From NCBI GenBank assembly GCA_965248055.1, contig CBDFIJ010000004.1, positions 640,001 to 704,000 on the forward strand: 64,000 nucleotides of DNA. Reading direction: 5' to 3'. This document shows, in pieces, positions 17,433-27,679 of this stretch. Positions within the stretch are counted from its first letter, which is position 1, and the number at the start of each line of letters is the position of its first letter. The stretch comes from Candidatus Multivoradales bacterium (GTDB taxonomy: Bacteria > Acidobacteriota > Thermoanaerobaculia > Multivoradales > JAHEKO01). The notes under the pieces are model-generated. The model searched no databases. It was not told where the DNA came from and saw only the letters and a program-made list of their open reading frames with translations. The translations under genes were made by a program, and so were the position numbers.

Positions 17433-20400
17433 CTATCCGGCATTCACGATACCGATCCACTCCCGCATCTCGCCGAGGCTGCAACCGAACTTAGTGTGCC
17501 CGGCCCCCAGCTCTTGGGCTTCGATGATCTGCTCGCAAGAACAGCCACCGGTATCCTCGATGGTGAAACTAGCGTTAGGACCCTTGGGTGAGTGGCCACC
17601 GTTGTCGAACTGGTTGCCACCCGGAGAGACCGTGTCGAAGATTCCATCCCCGTCCACTAGAGCAAAGCGATTGGTGCCCAGATGGTCGGTCGGAACGCCT
17701 TCTGGAATGACGGTATCGGGACACAAATCAAATGCGTCCAACACCCCATCACCGTCGGAGTCGACCGACTCAATCACCGTTAGCGTAGCGCTTGCCGGAT
17801 CGGCCGCTACCGCCGGCCCCTGGCGCAGCGCACTGGTGGTGTTGGGGTAATCGCCCGACGTAGCCCCAGCGGGAACTTGTACCTCCACGCTGAAGGTACA
17901 CGAACCGCCAGGCAGCAGGTTACCGTCGGCAAGACTGATCAACGACGTCCCGGAGAGCGCCGAGCCCAGTCCGCAAACATCCGCAGTCGGCAGGCCGAGA
18001 GCAGACGCCCCAGACAGCATCGCGTCAAGGTCGTCGGTGAAAGCGAGACCGGTCGAACTGGTGGTGGTGCTCAGGTTCTCGATGGTAAACGTCAGAACCA
18101 CTATGTCGCCCGGTTCGGCGGTGCCGTCGAACGACTTACTGAACGAAACCAGGGAAATCTGCAACTCATCAGAAGCTGGGTCACCACTGACAGAACCACT
18201 GTCGGTTGAACCACTCACGCCGCTGGTTGTATTGATGAAGCCAGTCCCCACGCCGACCTCGTTCGGCACCTGCAAGCTGACATCGAAAACGCACGAACTA
18301 CTGGGTGCCAAGTTGCCACCGATGAAGCTCAAGACGCCAGCACCGGAGATTTGCGAGCCGAGACCACAGATGTCGTTTAGCGTGCCGCTAGTCGAAACCA
18401 AACCACTCAGTACGGCATCGAGGTCATCAGTAAACGCAATGCTATTGACGGTGTCGGTGGTGCTGGAGTTGTTGATGCTAAACCGCAGTGTAGCCGTACC
18501 ACCCGGAGGTACCGGATCGTCGATGAACTCCTTGCTAAGAGTCAAGAAGTTAGAAGATACAACCAGTTGGTCGATCGCGCCGTCGAACACCACGTTGGGC
18601 GTGCCGTCCATGGTGGCGGTAACTACATTGACCGAATTGACGTAAATGTCAGAAGCGGCCCCTGCTGGAACCTGCAAAGTGACGTCAAAAGTACAACTAG
18701 CACCAGACACTAGGTTGCCAGCTTGAAACGTCAAGTTATTGGTACCACTGATCTGCGACCCGGTGCCACAGATGTCGTTGGCGGGTAGCCCAACCGCAAC
18801 CAGACCACTTATGACTGCGTTCAGATTGTCGCTGAACACGATGGCGGTAGCATCTTCACCGACACTGTCGTTGGTCAGAGTGAACCGCAGGTTCACGGTG
18901 TCACCGGCAACCACTGGGTCGTCGGTGAACTCCTTAGTAAGCATCAAACCAGCAACCCGAAGGTCGTCACTGGCGCTGTTACCACTGGTGGCAACACCTC
19001 CGACGGTGGCAACCACGTTCGAAGTAGTGTTCGGGTAGTTGCCAGACGGTGTACCCGCGGGAACAACCAAGTCGACCGAGAATTGACAGCTAAAGATGGG
19101 GTTGCCCGCACCTGGATCCAGGAACCCATCCATTAACGTCAAGACACCGGAACTAAAGTCGAGCGAAGAACCGGCGCCACAAGGATCGGTTGGCAATACG
19201 CCAGCCGGTGCTAGCCCAGCCGCTACTGCCTCGAGATTGTCGGTGAAGGTGATCCCGTCAGCCGCATGGCTGACATCGAGATCGATCACGCCGTCGCCAT
19301 CAAGGTCATAGGTGACCGTGAACTGCAACGTTACCGTTCCGCCCGCTGCGACCGGGTCGTCGATGAACTCTTTGATCACCACCGGAGGAGCGACTACGTC
19401 TAACTCATCTGAGGCTGGATCGCCCGCCACCGCTTCGCCATTGATCACTCCGGAAATGTCGCTAGTGGTATTTAGGTAGGTCCCTGCGGGAGCCAACCCG
19501 TCGAGATCGAGGGTCAGGCTGAAGGTACAGCTAGCTCCCGCGGCCAACTCAGCTCCAGTTACCACCAGCTTCGCTGGGGTGGTGCTGGTGGACACGATCA
19601 AAGGCGTGTAGCTAGCGACCGAACCGGCACCGCAAAATCCGTTGGCCGGAACCACCGAAGCGGTGGGCAGCACATCGTCAAAGACATCCTCAAAGGTGAT
19701 GTCGGTCGCGGTCTCCGTGGAATGTGGGTTGGTAATCGTGAATTCGAGCTCAACGGTTTCACCACTGCCCACAGGGTTGTCGAGGAAAGTCTTGGTCAAA
19801 GTCAGAGTTGGCGCGATAAACAACAAGTCGGTTGCGGCCGCACCCACAGTTGGGTTGCCGTCCACGGTCGCTGAGATTGCGCTGGTGGTATTGGTGTAAG
19901 TTCCTGGAGCTGCACCTGCTGGAACCGCAAGCGTGGCGCTGAATACACAGGTGCCGCCGGCGGGCAATTCTCCAGCAGTGAGACTCACAACCCCAGTGCC
20001 ACTGAATTGAGAGCCAGCACCGCAAATACCGTTGACGGGCAAGCCGGTGGCTTCAAGGCCAAATAATGCGGCCCCGAGGTCGTCGGTAAAAGCAATGTCG
20101 GTAGCAGTCGAGCCACGACTCAGGTTACGCACTTCGAACTCGAGCGTCACCGTTCCACCAGGAGCAGTGGGATCGTCGGTAAAGGTTTTGGTCAAAGCAA
20201 TCAGGTTTGAGGCCACTTGGACCTGATCCGTAGCGAATCCGCTATTTAGGATGGGTTGGGATCCTGGGGCAAGCAGTGAAGTTAGATCACCGCTGACGTT
20301 GTTGAGAACGCCAGATGCGTTGGCGGTCACGTCGACGACGACGGTACAGCTCGCCCCGGCAGCCACAGTAGCGTCCCCTTGAAATGCGGGACTGTAAGTG

Positions 20401-21062
20401 ATGACCGAAGTCCCGGCGGCCGCCGTGAGCACCCCACCACCACAAGTCGACGACGCGTTAGCCGGGTTGGCAACCGTCATGTTGGGTGGCAAGTTGTCGG
20501 TGAAACTTAAGCTGACCGCACCGCCCGCATTGGCAGCGTTATCGATCAGAAAGGTGAGGGTACTGCGGGCACCAAAAGCAACAACATTGGGCGAAAAAGA
20601 TTTACTAAAACCCGGCAGGTCTGAGGCGACAGTCAGATCAGCACTCGCTGTCCCGCTGTTACCTGCATCCGAGGTCAAATCCCCGGAAACGTTGCTGTGG
20701 GTTCCTGGCGTCGCAGAGGTTACGTTGAGCGAAACGCTACACGATCCGCCAGCGCCAACCTCGCCTCCGGTTAAAGAAATCGTCCCGCCCCCCGCTGGGG
20801 TAGAAACCGTTCCGCCACAAGAAGACAAAACGCTAGACGGATCGGCAATCGTCATCCCGGCTGGGAAAGTGTCGGAAAAAGCCAAAGACCTCACCCCAAC
20901 TCCTGAACCGTTGGCAATCGAGAACTCCAACGAAGAAGTGCTTCCAATCCCGATGGTTGACGGAGTAAACGCCTTGGAAAACGTGGGTGGTTGAGCGAAA
21001 GCAATCGACGCAGTCGCGACGATCAGTAACGCAGTGATTAGGAAAAACTTTTTGTTCGCCAT
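17433..21062 (-). CDS. Large secreted repeat protein (8 DUF11/CnaB-like Ig repeats, C-terminal TSP3-like and Cys-rich tail), adhesin-like
   Basis: Signal peptide; repeats start with (F/L)(S/T)K(S/E/T/A)F and contain F(T/S)DxL and YxNTTS; DSDGDGVLDAFDLCPDT. Confidence 0.85.
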   Translation of the reverse strand: MANKKFFLITALLIVATASIAFAQPPTFSKAFTPSTIGIGSTSSLEFSIANGSGVGVRSLAFSDTFPAGMTIADPSSVLSSCGGTVSTPAGGGTISLTGGEVGAGGSCSVSLNVTSATPGTHSNVSGDLTSDAGNSGTASADLTVASDLPGFSKSFSPNVVAFGARSTLTFLIDNAANAGGAVSLSFTDNLPPNMTVANPANASSTCGGGVLTAAAGTSVITYSPAFQGDATVAAGASCTVVVDVTANASGVLNNVSGDLTSLLAPGSQPILNSGFATDQVQVASNLIALTKTFTDDPTAPGGTVTLEFEVRNLSRGSTATDIAFTDDLGAALFGLEATGLPVNGICGAGSQFSGTGVVSLTAGELPAGGTCVFSATLAVPAGAAPGTYTNTTSAISATVDGNPTVGAAATDLLFIAPTLTLTKTFLDNPVGSGETVELEFTITNPHSTETATDITFEDVFDDVLPTASVVPANGFCGAGSVASYTPLIVSTSTTPAKLVVTGAELAAGASCTFSLTLDLDGLAPAGTYLNTTSDISGVINGEAVAGDPASDELDVVAPPVVIKEFIDDPVAAGGTVTLQFTVTYDLDGDGVIDLDVSHAADGITFTDNLEAVAAGLAPAGVLPTDPCGAGSSLDFSSGVLTLMDGFLDPGAGNPIFSCQFSVDLVVPAGTPSGNYPNTTSNVVATVGGVATSGNSASDDLRVAGLMLTKEFTDDPVVAGDTVNLRFTLTNDSVGEDATAIVFSDNLNAVISGLVAVGLPANDICGTGSQISGTNNLTFQAGNLVSGASCTFDVTLQVPAGAASDIYVNSVNVVTATMDGTPNVVFDGAIDQLVVSSNFLTLSKEFIDDPVPPGGTATLRFSINNSSTTDTVNSIAFTDDLDAVLSGLVSTSGTLNDICGLGSQISGAGVLSFIGGNLAPSSSCVFDVSLQVPNEVGVGTGFINTTSGVSGSTDSGSVSGDPASDELQISLVSFSKSFDGTAEPGDIVVLTFTIENLSTTTSSTGLAFTDDLDAMLSGASALGLPTADVCGLGSALSGTSLISLADGNLLPGGSCTFSVEVQVPAGATSGDYPNTTSALRQGPAVAADPASATLTVIESVDSDGDGVLDAFDLCPDTVIPEGVPTDHLGTNRFALVDGDGIFDTVSPGGNQFDNGGHSPKGPNASFTIEDTGGCSCEQIIEAQELGAGHTKFGCSLGEMREWIGIVNAG

Positions 21063-21593
21063 GAATTAGTTACTCCTGTTGCGGGTCCAATAGACCCGTG
21101 TTGGAACCGCCTTCACCAACAAACCCCCATAAAAAAAACACCGACGATTTTCTGTACCTTACATCACACCCTCGCGCCTCGTAAAGTTGTCGCGGTACTT
21201 GAAACCTGAGACTCCATTTAAGCCTGCAAATAAGAGAATCTGAACGATCTCTCTTGGTAATATTTGTCGCAACTTAGTAGCTCATGCATCAGCATTTCTG
21301 AAGGCAGACTGGATGGTTCCCGTGAATCGTATATCCAAATTTCCAATGGGATTTAAGTCTTGGCCACGCTCAATAGAGGCGACTTTCCGAGATCCACTAC
21401 GGAGCACGTAGCAATATGCCAGTCCGAATAGTGGTGAATTCTGAGCACTGGGACCACCTATTTGGCAGGGCTCGAGCCGCAGAGCGGCCCCAACCGATGC
21501 ATACTCAGGGTCGAGTTCCAAGGCTGTTGTCTTTGTCGGGGTCAAATCTGCTGATGAAAGAAAATCATTTCACTACCCAGGGCGAATATTCGA

Positions 21594-22163
21594 GTGAGTG
21601 GCACCTTTCTCGAATTCTTACCCGATCAAACTAATCCTATCCACTGCGGTAACCTCTCCGCTGTGCAACGTTCGAGGTTGACCCTGGCAACTGCGGCCGT
21701 CCTCCTTGGATTGGCCGCTGGCGTTGTGTGGCTAGTAAGGCCAAGGCACGGCCCGATCCAAGACCTGACCTCGTGGACTTGGAAAGGCGCCCCCACAACG
21801 ACGGAGCCACTCCAGGGTGGATCAAGTGAAGATTGCTCCTTGGCACAGAGCTTCGTCCTTCGAAAGCTAGGCCGAGTATCCGTCCATCAGGCCGCGGGAA
21901 TCCCAGGGAGTTGCATGTACCTGTTGCAGCTCAACGGTTGGCCGGAGGGAGAAGATGAGTGCATCTTGGAGTTTCCTGTTGAGATGATCCGTGGACTTGA
22001 GATCACAACAGCGACTGCTTGGCTCGCAACACGCTATTACCAACACAGGCAAGGCGGAATTATGGTTTTTTCAGGCCCTGAGCCTGGCCGAAGATACATT
22101 TCACTGGACTCTCGTTGGTGCAAGTTCGAGGGCGTTGTAAACGGAATTCGCGCTATTTCGTAG
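21594..22163 (+). CDS. Hypothetical membrane-anchored protein (start uncertain)
   Basis: 189-aa ORF with one hydrophobic segment, flanked by repeat copies. Confidence 0.5.
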   Translation: MSGTFLEFLPDQTNPIHCGNLSAVQRSRLTLATAAVLLGLAAGVVWLVRPRHGPIQDLTSWTWKGAPTTTEPLQGGSSEDCSLAQSFVLRKLGRVSVHQAAGIPGSCMYLLQLNGWPEGEDECILEFPVEMIRGLEITTATAWLATRYYQHRQGGIMVFSGPEPGRRYISLDSRWCKFEGVVNGIRAIS

Positions 22164-22229
22164 CCCCAGGGCTGTCTGGTTGGATCAAATATTTCGAATA
22201 GTCGGCTGGCATCTACTAACTCAGATCCA

Positions 22230-23242
22230 CTGAGGAGTTTCAAAGCCATCTTGTTGAGCGCTACCAGCGGCGCACCCGAGAGGTGGATGAAGCGATTCTC
22301 GGCTGCTACCTAGCAGGGGCCAACAGCCGTCGGATCAAGAAGGCCTTGACTCCACTGCTGGGCAGGGAGCATCTATCCAAGAGCGCTGTGTCTCGGGTGG
22401 TATCTCGTTTGAAAGAGCACTTTGCCCGTTGGAGTGAACGAGGCCTGTCTGAGGAAAGCTACCCGATCTTGTTTCTTGATGGCTTTCACTTGAAAGTGCG
22501 GCTTGCTCGGCGCGTAGTGTCAGCTCCGGTGCTGGCTGCTCTGGGGGTAAGAGAAGATGGCACCAAAGTCCTGGTAGCTCTACGGTTAGCAGCCAGTGAG
22601 GCAGGCAGTCACTGGAAGTGGTTGATTGAAGATCTTAAACGCAGGGGCTTGAAAGCACCGCATCTCCTGGTCTCAGACGGCCACAAGGGCTTGGCGGTGG
22701 GAGTCAGAGCTTGGCCAGAGGCCAAAGTCCAGCGTTGTATCCAGCACAAGTGGGAAAACCTGAAGAAGCACTGCCCTAAGCATGCTCATGGTGAGCTCAA
22801 GCGAGACTGGGATCAAGTGGTGCGAGCCCAAGATGCCCTGGCGGCCCGAGAGAGTTATTCAATCTTTGTTACCAAGTGGTCCAAGCTGGTGCCCGCAGTA
22901 GCCAGGAGCTTCCAAGAGGCTGGGATGGAACTGATCACTTTCGACGATTTACCGAGATCATTGTGGCGATCCACAAGGACCACCAACGCGCTGGAGAATC
23001 TCAACCGTGAGTTTCGGCGCCGTACCAAGACCCAAGGCTCATTCTCGACTGAGGCAGCGGGTGTCACTTTGCTCTGGGGGCTCGTTGCTTTTGGACAGAT
23101 CAGGATGCACCGCATCAACGGCTACCAAGATTTGCACCGGATGCTTGACCGTCAAGCAGCCGCGTAGCACTAGAATCAACCAAACCTGACCGCGGGAGAC
23201 GTTACGCCAAATACCAATTTCCACAAGATTCGGGACACATCC
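22230..23242 (+). mobile_element. IS256-family element, 5'-truncated (transposase ORF 22283-23167)
   Basis: LFLDG...LVSDGHKGL...QRCIQHK...RTTNALENLNREFRRR; right end TTCCACAAGATTCGGGACACATCC; reading frame open only from ~22220. Confidence 0.88.
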
Positions 23243-23353
23243 AAAGGATTCCGCCGGATATTCTCTCGCTTCGACAAATTGGACGTCATCTTCACTTTCT
23301 TCATATACTTCGCGCTCATCGTAGATGCCATTCGTTAGTGTTAACACGCCCTA
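23243..23353 (+). mobile_element. IS5-family 3' remnant
   Basis: Encodes KGFRRIFSRFDKLDVIFTFFIYFALIVDAIR*, followed by terminal GTGTTAACACGCCCTA. Confidence 0.7.
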
Positions 23354-23591
23354 ATTCAGTTCGCGGACAAGAGGTTCTTTTGTGTGAGTTCAGAAGTGCT
23401 GGACAGGTTCAAAGAGCCAATTGACACGAACGCTTTCCAAGCCTATGCCGAGATCTTCTCTCGAACGATCAACGAGCATCGCAGCTTACGAGGACGGCCC
23501 GAGTATGGTGAGGCCCCCAACGGGCCGAAATATTCGGCTGGCACTTTTCTCGGCTTCATCTCATCCTGACTTTGTCTAACCACACCGACAA

Positions 23592-24611
23592 CTAGTCAAC
23601 ACGATAGATTTCGTCGCCTGAAATCTTAAGGACATAGGCATAGGTTTCTGGAAGGTTGTTCATTTGACGTGTGCCAATCGAGTAATCGGCGCTGTATGCT
23701 TTTGGCTGCGTATAGTAAACGCTACCACCGGTCAGACGAGCGTAAAGCAACATACTGAGAGAGATTGGCTTGGGACCATACGGGGCGTAGATGGAGCCAT
23801 TCTTTGACCCAGAGGCAAACGCGTGTATATGTGAGAATATCTCTGAAACATCCTTCCAATCCACCCACTGCATGTTAGGCGTTCGCTCCCCAAGGTCTCT
23901 GTCGAAAGCTTGGAGAAACTCCCACACGCGGTGATGTTCTGGCGTAAGTCCCGGAACGGGAACGAGCAAATGAAACTCCGCATGTTCGTATTGCTGATCT
24001 CCAAGAGGTGGAAGATTCAACGCTTGGAAACCAACGGAAATGACTACATTTTCGATCCGTTCCGGTGGGTAGTTTGGGCCAAACATAGGAAGATGAGCCC
24101 ATGGCTCAGGATCTTCGGCTAGTGCTCCGCTCCCATACCTCTCTGCTAGCGTATAGGTGACAATTAGGTTCTTGACGTTATCTGCGTCGAGAAGCATTTT
24201 GACCGTTGGAAAAAAGAAGCGCTTCGGCATAGTCGAAATGTCCACGATCACGTCTCCTTGCGGTGCACAATCGGTAACAAATCGATTCACCCGATCAGCG
24301 ATCTCTTGGGTACTCGCGAACAGTTGAATGTCCTCAACTGCGCTGGCTAGACCCCCTAGGGCACACAGCCGTTGTACCGTTTCGCTTGTCCTCTGCTGCA
24401 CCTCATCAGTGAACCGTGACGGCGGATCCTTGATAGAGAAGAATAAGCAAGGAGTGCATGATTCTGTCTTAGTCAGCACTTCCCAACAAGCGAGACACCT
24501 AGACTCTGGTCCCACGCTCCCAACAAAGCCCCACCGGCTCACATCCATTCGCTCAGCAATCCAAGAGAGTGGGCCCCACGGGCGCCATTTACCCTTCTCA
24601 AGTTCTTTCAT
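23592..24611 (-). CDS. Hypothetical protein with two Rossmann/CARF-like modules; last gene of the candidate defence operon
   Basis: VIVDISTMPK...VTYT and IYAPYGPKP...VYYTQP motifs; ATG directly follows the ATPase stop. Confidence 0.7.
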   Translation of the reverse strand: MKELEKGKWRPWGPLSWIAERMDVSRWGFVGSVGPESRCLACWEVLTKTESCTPCLFFSIKDPPSRFTDEVQQRTSETVQRLCALGGLASAVEDIQLFASTQEIADRVNRFVTDCAPQGDVIVDISTMPKRFFFPTVKMLLDADNVKNLIVTYTLAERYGSGALAEDPEPWAHLPMFGPNYPPERIENVVISVGFQALNLPPLGDQQYEHAEFHLLVPVPGLTPEHHRVWEFLQAFDRDLGERTPNMQWVDWKDVSEIFSHIHAFASGSKNGSIYAPYGPKPISLSMLLYARLTGGSVYYTQPKAYSADYSIGTRQMNNLPETYAYVLKISGDEIYRVD

Positions 24612-26639
24612 TTAGAAGAGTTCGAGCTGGTCGGAGCGGCCGTCTTGCGGCTTCGTCCTCCGCACCTCCTGAGCCTCGCGATTCCCCTTGGCAGCCTCCA
24701 TCCACGAGAGCGCCTCCGAAACCTTGACGTAGAGAGGTTCCTTGGCATGCTTTGCTGGTATTTGAAACCGCGGGGAAAGGATGGGTGCCAAATACCACTT
24801 ATTTCGGGGGCGTTTGTCCTCCCTATTGGTGGTGTGACGTGCATCGAACAAATGCCCGTAGTCGACTGCTTGTTTTAAGAACTTGTCGAGCTCCACGTAT
24901 TCTCCTAGTTCGTCTTCATCCAGTGAGAATCCGTTGTGTCCCGGGTATGCCATCCCTTTGTCTGCAAGCAACCTCTTGCGAAATGACCTGCCAAGGAACG
25001 AAACAAAACGTCGATACGTATGACCATTTGGCTGCTCCATAATTTTTTGATACCAGTACTCGCTTGCCTGAAATATACCAACCGTCTGTTCCTTGGTATC
25101 AATCGGGAACCGTACGCGTTTGTTGTTCACAATTGGATGTTTGCTCTCATATCGTGACCAGGTGGAAAAGATTTCTCTAGCTAGACTGATAAACACCAGT
25201 ATGTTTCCACCACTTAAGACACGTAGGTCGTCCTCACCAGACCACCTTAATCGCTGCTGACGCCTTGCAGCCATCTGCAGCAGTGCTTGGTGGACTCGCT
25301 CCTTTCTCCACCAACTCTTTGATTTCCATGAGAGTCCGTTCGCGGGTGGCTCTTGCTCAAGCATACGTGAACCCTTCTGCTGGCGGAGCATAGCTGCCCC
25401 CAAATTGGCGGATAGTGGGCTAGTCTCGCTCAGTTCGCGCAAATATACCTTCCAACCTTCGGGCCATTGCTCTACCAAGTCCAGGGAACGCTCAGCGTCG
25501 CTCCCCGCATAGACCTTGGCCTCATTCTCTGGCGAAGGTGTTTTGCCAAATACCTGTCGGGACAACGTTTCGCCACCTCCCTCAAGCTCGTAACCAGCGA
25601 ATTCCAGGCGTCGTTTCAGTACATCATCAGAGAAATCTGGGAAGATCCAAGTGCGGCGGTTTTCCTTCCTCCGCAATAGGTCATCCAGGTCAATCACGCG
25701 GTAGTTTCTCTCGTGTTCGAGGTTCGCTTCTGAACCGAAAATCCTCAAGTCCTCTCGCCAGGCGTATCGGCGAGCGCCAATTCGATAGGACACCTTAGGA
25801 TCCCGCGTCGCGAGGGCCTTGTTAATTAGTCGACGAAACTTGGGCTCTACCCGGTGAGCGTGAACATCACTAGCGAACCTCCCAACTTCCTCGTATTGGT
25901 CAACTCGAACAAACACTGGCATTTCCTTCGGAATTATTCCTATCTCTCTAAGCCCCTTGGCCGTTTGAGAAATCGGTTCACCGACCGGCGTCTTGGTGGT
26001 TGCGATCTCCGTAGGAAGGCGTTCCATATTGAAGTTCAGGAACGAGCGATACAGAGTCAGTCTTTTTCTCAGCCGTTTCCGTAGCTCTTCACAGTTCCGT
26101 ATTCCATCCAAGAATCCTAACCAACAGTCTTGCGCTGCTAACCATTGAGCGAATTCATCAAGACGACCACCGTGGGTATTGATGTTCCAAGATCTTGCCA
26201 ACTTACCTTCGCATGCGTCGTCGAGCTTCGAAACTGACTCAAGAATATCTTCAACTACCCAGTAGTTAAGGAAATCACCAAAATAGACAGCCGAAACGGC
26301 GCCCAGGTCCGGCCCATTTTCCTCCTGGAGTCGGCGTTGGCCGAAATCTGTGGCCGCACTCCTCGCGAGGTTAATCCCCGCTCCAATGAATCTGGCGTCA
26401 TCTTGGGGGAGCGGAAACTGCACACCAGCCGTGAAATAAGCAATCTGAATCTCTGGCTTAAGTAGGCTGAGAAGCATACTCTTACCGCTACCCTGAACTC
26501 CCTTCACTACGACATTGCCCACTTGGAACAATTCCTGAGCATGCTCTACAAGAAAAGGGCTAAACAGGGTCACAAAATCCTCTGGGGCAATGGTTTCGGA
26601 AACATAGAGCTCGTGAAATGGATTGCTGATCCGCGGCAT
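24612..26639 (-). CDS. ORC/CDC6-STAND-like P-loop ATPase
   Basis: N-terminal NPF; Walker A GVQGSGKS; Walker B VFVRVDQYE; GAGGTGG before ATG 26639. Confidence 0.8.
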   Translation of the reverse strand: MPRISNPFHELYVSETIAPEDFVTLFSPFLVEHAQELFQVGNVVVKGVQGSGKSMLLSLLKPEIQIAYFTAGVQFPLPQDDARFIGAGINLARSAATDFGQRRLQEENGPDLGAVSAVYFGDFLNYWVVEDILESVSKLDDACEGKLARSWNINTHGGRLDEFAQWLAAQDCWLGFLDGIRNCEELRKRLRKRLTLYRSFLNFNMERLPTEIATTKTPVGEPISQTAKGLREIGIIPKEMPVFVRVDQYEEVGRFASDVHAHRVEPKFRRLINKALATRDPKVSYRIGARRYAWREDLRIFGSEANLEHERNYRVIDLDDLLRRKENRRTWIFPDFSDDVLKRRLEFAGYELEGGGETLSRQVFGKTPSPENEAKVYAGSDAERSLDLVEQWPEGWKVYLRELSETSPLSANLGAAMLRQQKGSRMLEQEPPANGLSWKSKSWWRKERVHQALLQMAARRQQRLRWSGEDDLRVLSGGNILVFISLAREIFSTWSRYESKHPIVNNKRVRFPIDTKEQTVGIFQASEYWYQKIMEQPNGHTYRRFVSFLGRSFRKRLLADKGMAYPGHNGFSLDEDELGEYVELDKFLKQAVDYGHLFDARHTTNREDKRPRNKWYLAPILSPRFQIPAKHAKEPLYVKVSEALSWMEAAKGNREAQEVRRTKPQDGRSDQLELF

Positions 26640-26641
26640 GA

Positions 26642-27679
26642 CTACCACCTCGCCGATCGTGGAAACAGTGGACTCCAATCGCTTGACGAGTGGTGCACAA
26701 TTGGGACGGTGTTATCTGGAGTATTCGTGAATAAAACTACTGTTCCGCCGGTCCTACGATATCCAAATGGTGTGTAGGGTTTGTCTTTCTCCGACAAGGG
26801 CGGATTGGCACCGCAGACTTGAGCAAAGCTGACCTCCAAGAGAGCACGCAACTCGCCGAAGACTGCAGGCTCCGATTCCGAGGGCTGCGGTGATACAAAC
26901 ATATGTTTTTCCAGAGCTAGAACCGGTTCGAACTCTAGATTGGCATGTCTATTCGCAAGAGCCCTGCCTTTTGCAATGCCCGCCGGGCAAATAATAAGAG
27001 GGGTCAGCAGGACTCGTACGTTCTCCGAAAGTGAAGCAACAAAATCAACAGGATCTGCCATCTGACTCCCGCTGCCCACGAAATCCTCAAGCAGTACTAT
27101 GTGCTGTATGTCTCTCTTTTTAAGATACTCAAGGATCTTAGTTTTTGACCCGAGCTTGTGCAGGGTCATCCAAACAGGCCTGTACCACCGGCCTTCAATT
27201 TGGTTTACATGATAAAAATTCGCAATATCCATACTGTCAGTGATCGAGCAGAACCAAGTCTTGTCTATGACATTTGCCAGTGTTTGGTCTACGGCTTCGC
27301 GGTCAAAACTCGCACCTCGGTCAAGATCACGCAGTGCATGACGCGCGAACGGACCGTTAAATGCAGCGCGACACAAACCGTTGAGGTGTTCTTTAGTTAT
27401 GTAAAGCAGGAACGGAACGAGCTTAAACAACACCCTTTGCTGCTCCTCAGATTCAACGTTACTCAACCAGTCGCGGAGTCTCACCGGAAACTCCGGGAAC
27501 GGCCCAGCAGTCGGAACGTAGTCTCCAAATGCATGTTTCGAGACATATTCGATCACGTCGAACATCGTCAGGTAGTTTGCTCCCGAAGCAACGTTTCCAA
27601 CATCCAGGGAATCAAAACTCTCCTCTAGAGTCCACTTCTCCAATTGCTCTACGAAACTACGTGTGTTCGGCCAACTCAC
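26642..27679 (-). CDS. Type I phosphoribosyltransferase-like protein
   Basis: PRPP-binding loop HIVLLEDFVGSGSQ; C-terminal PFGY...NTPDNT...WSPLFPR. Confidence 0.8.
   Translation of the reverse strand: MSWPNTRSFVEQLEKWTLEESFDSLDVGNVASGANYLTMFDVIEYVSKHAFGDYVPTAGPFPEFPVRLRDWLSNVESEEQQRVLFKLVPFLLYITKEHLNGLCRAAFNGPFARHALRDLDRGASFDREAVDQTLANVIDKTWFCSITDSMDIANFYHVNQIEGRWYRPVWMTLHKLGSKTKILEYLKKRDIQHIVLLEDFVGSGSQMADPVDFVASLSENVRVLLTPLIICPAGIAKGRALANRHANLEFEPVLALEKHMFVSPQPSESEPAVFGELRALLEVSFAQVCGANPPLSEKDKPYTPFGYRRTGGTVVLFTNTPDNTVPIVHHSSSDWSPLFPRSARW

Larger units (their letters stand above)
21416..23544. repeat. Copies of the palindromic GGTGCCAGCCGAATAT repeat family (cluster 1)
   Basis: Copies at 21416-21432, 21577-21606, 22195-22214 and 23524-23544. 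Confidence 0.65.
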
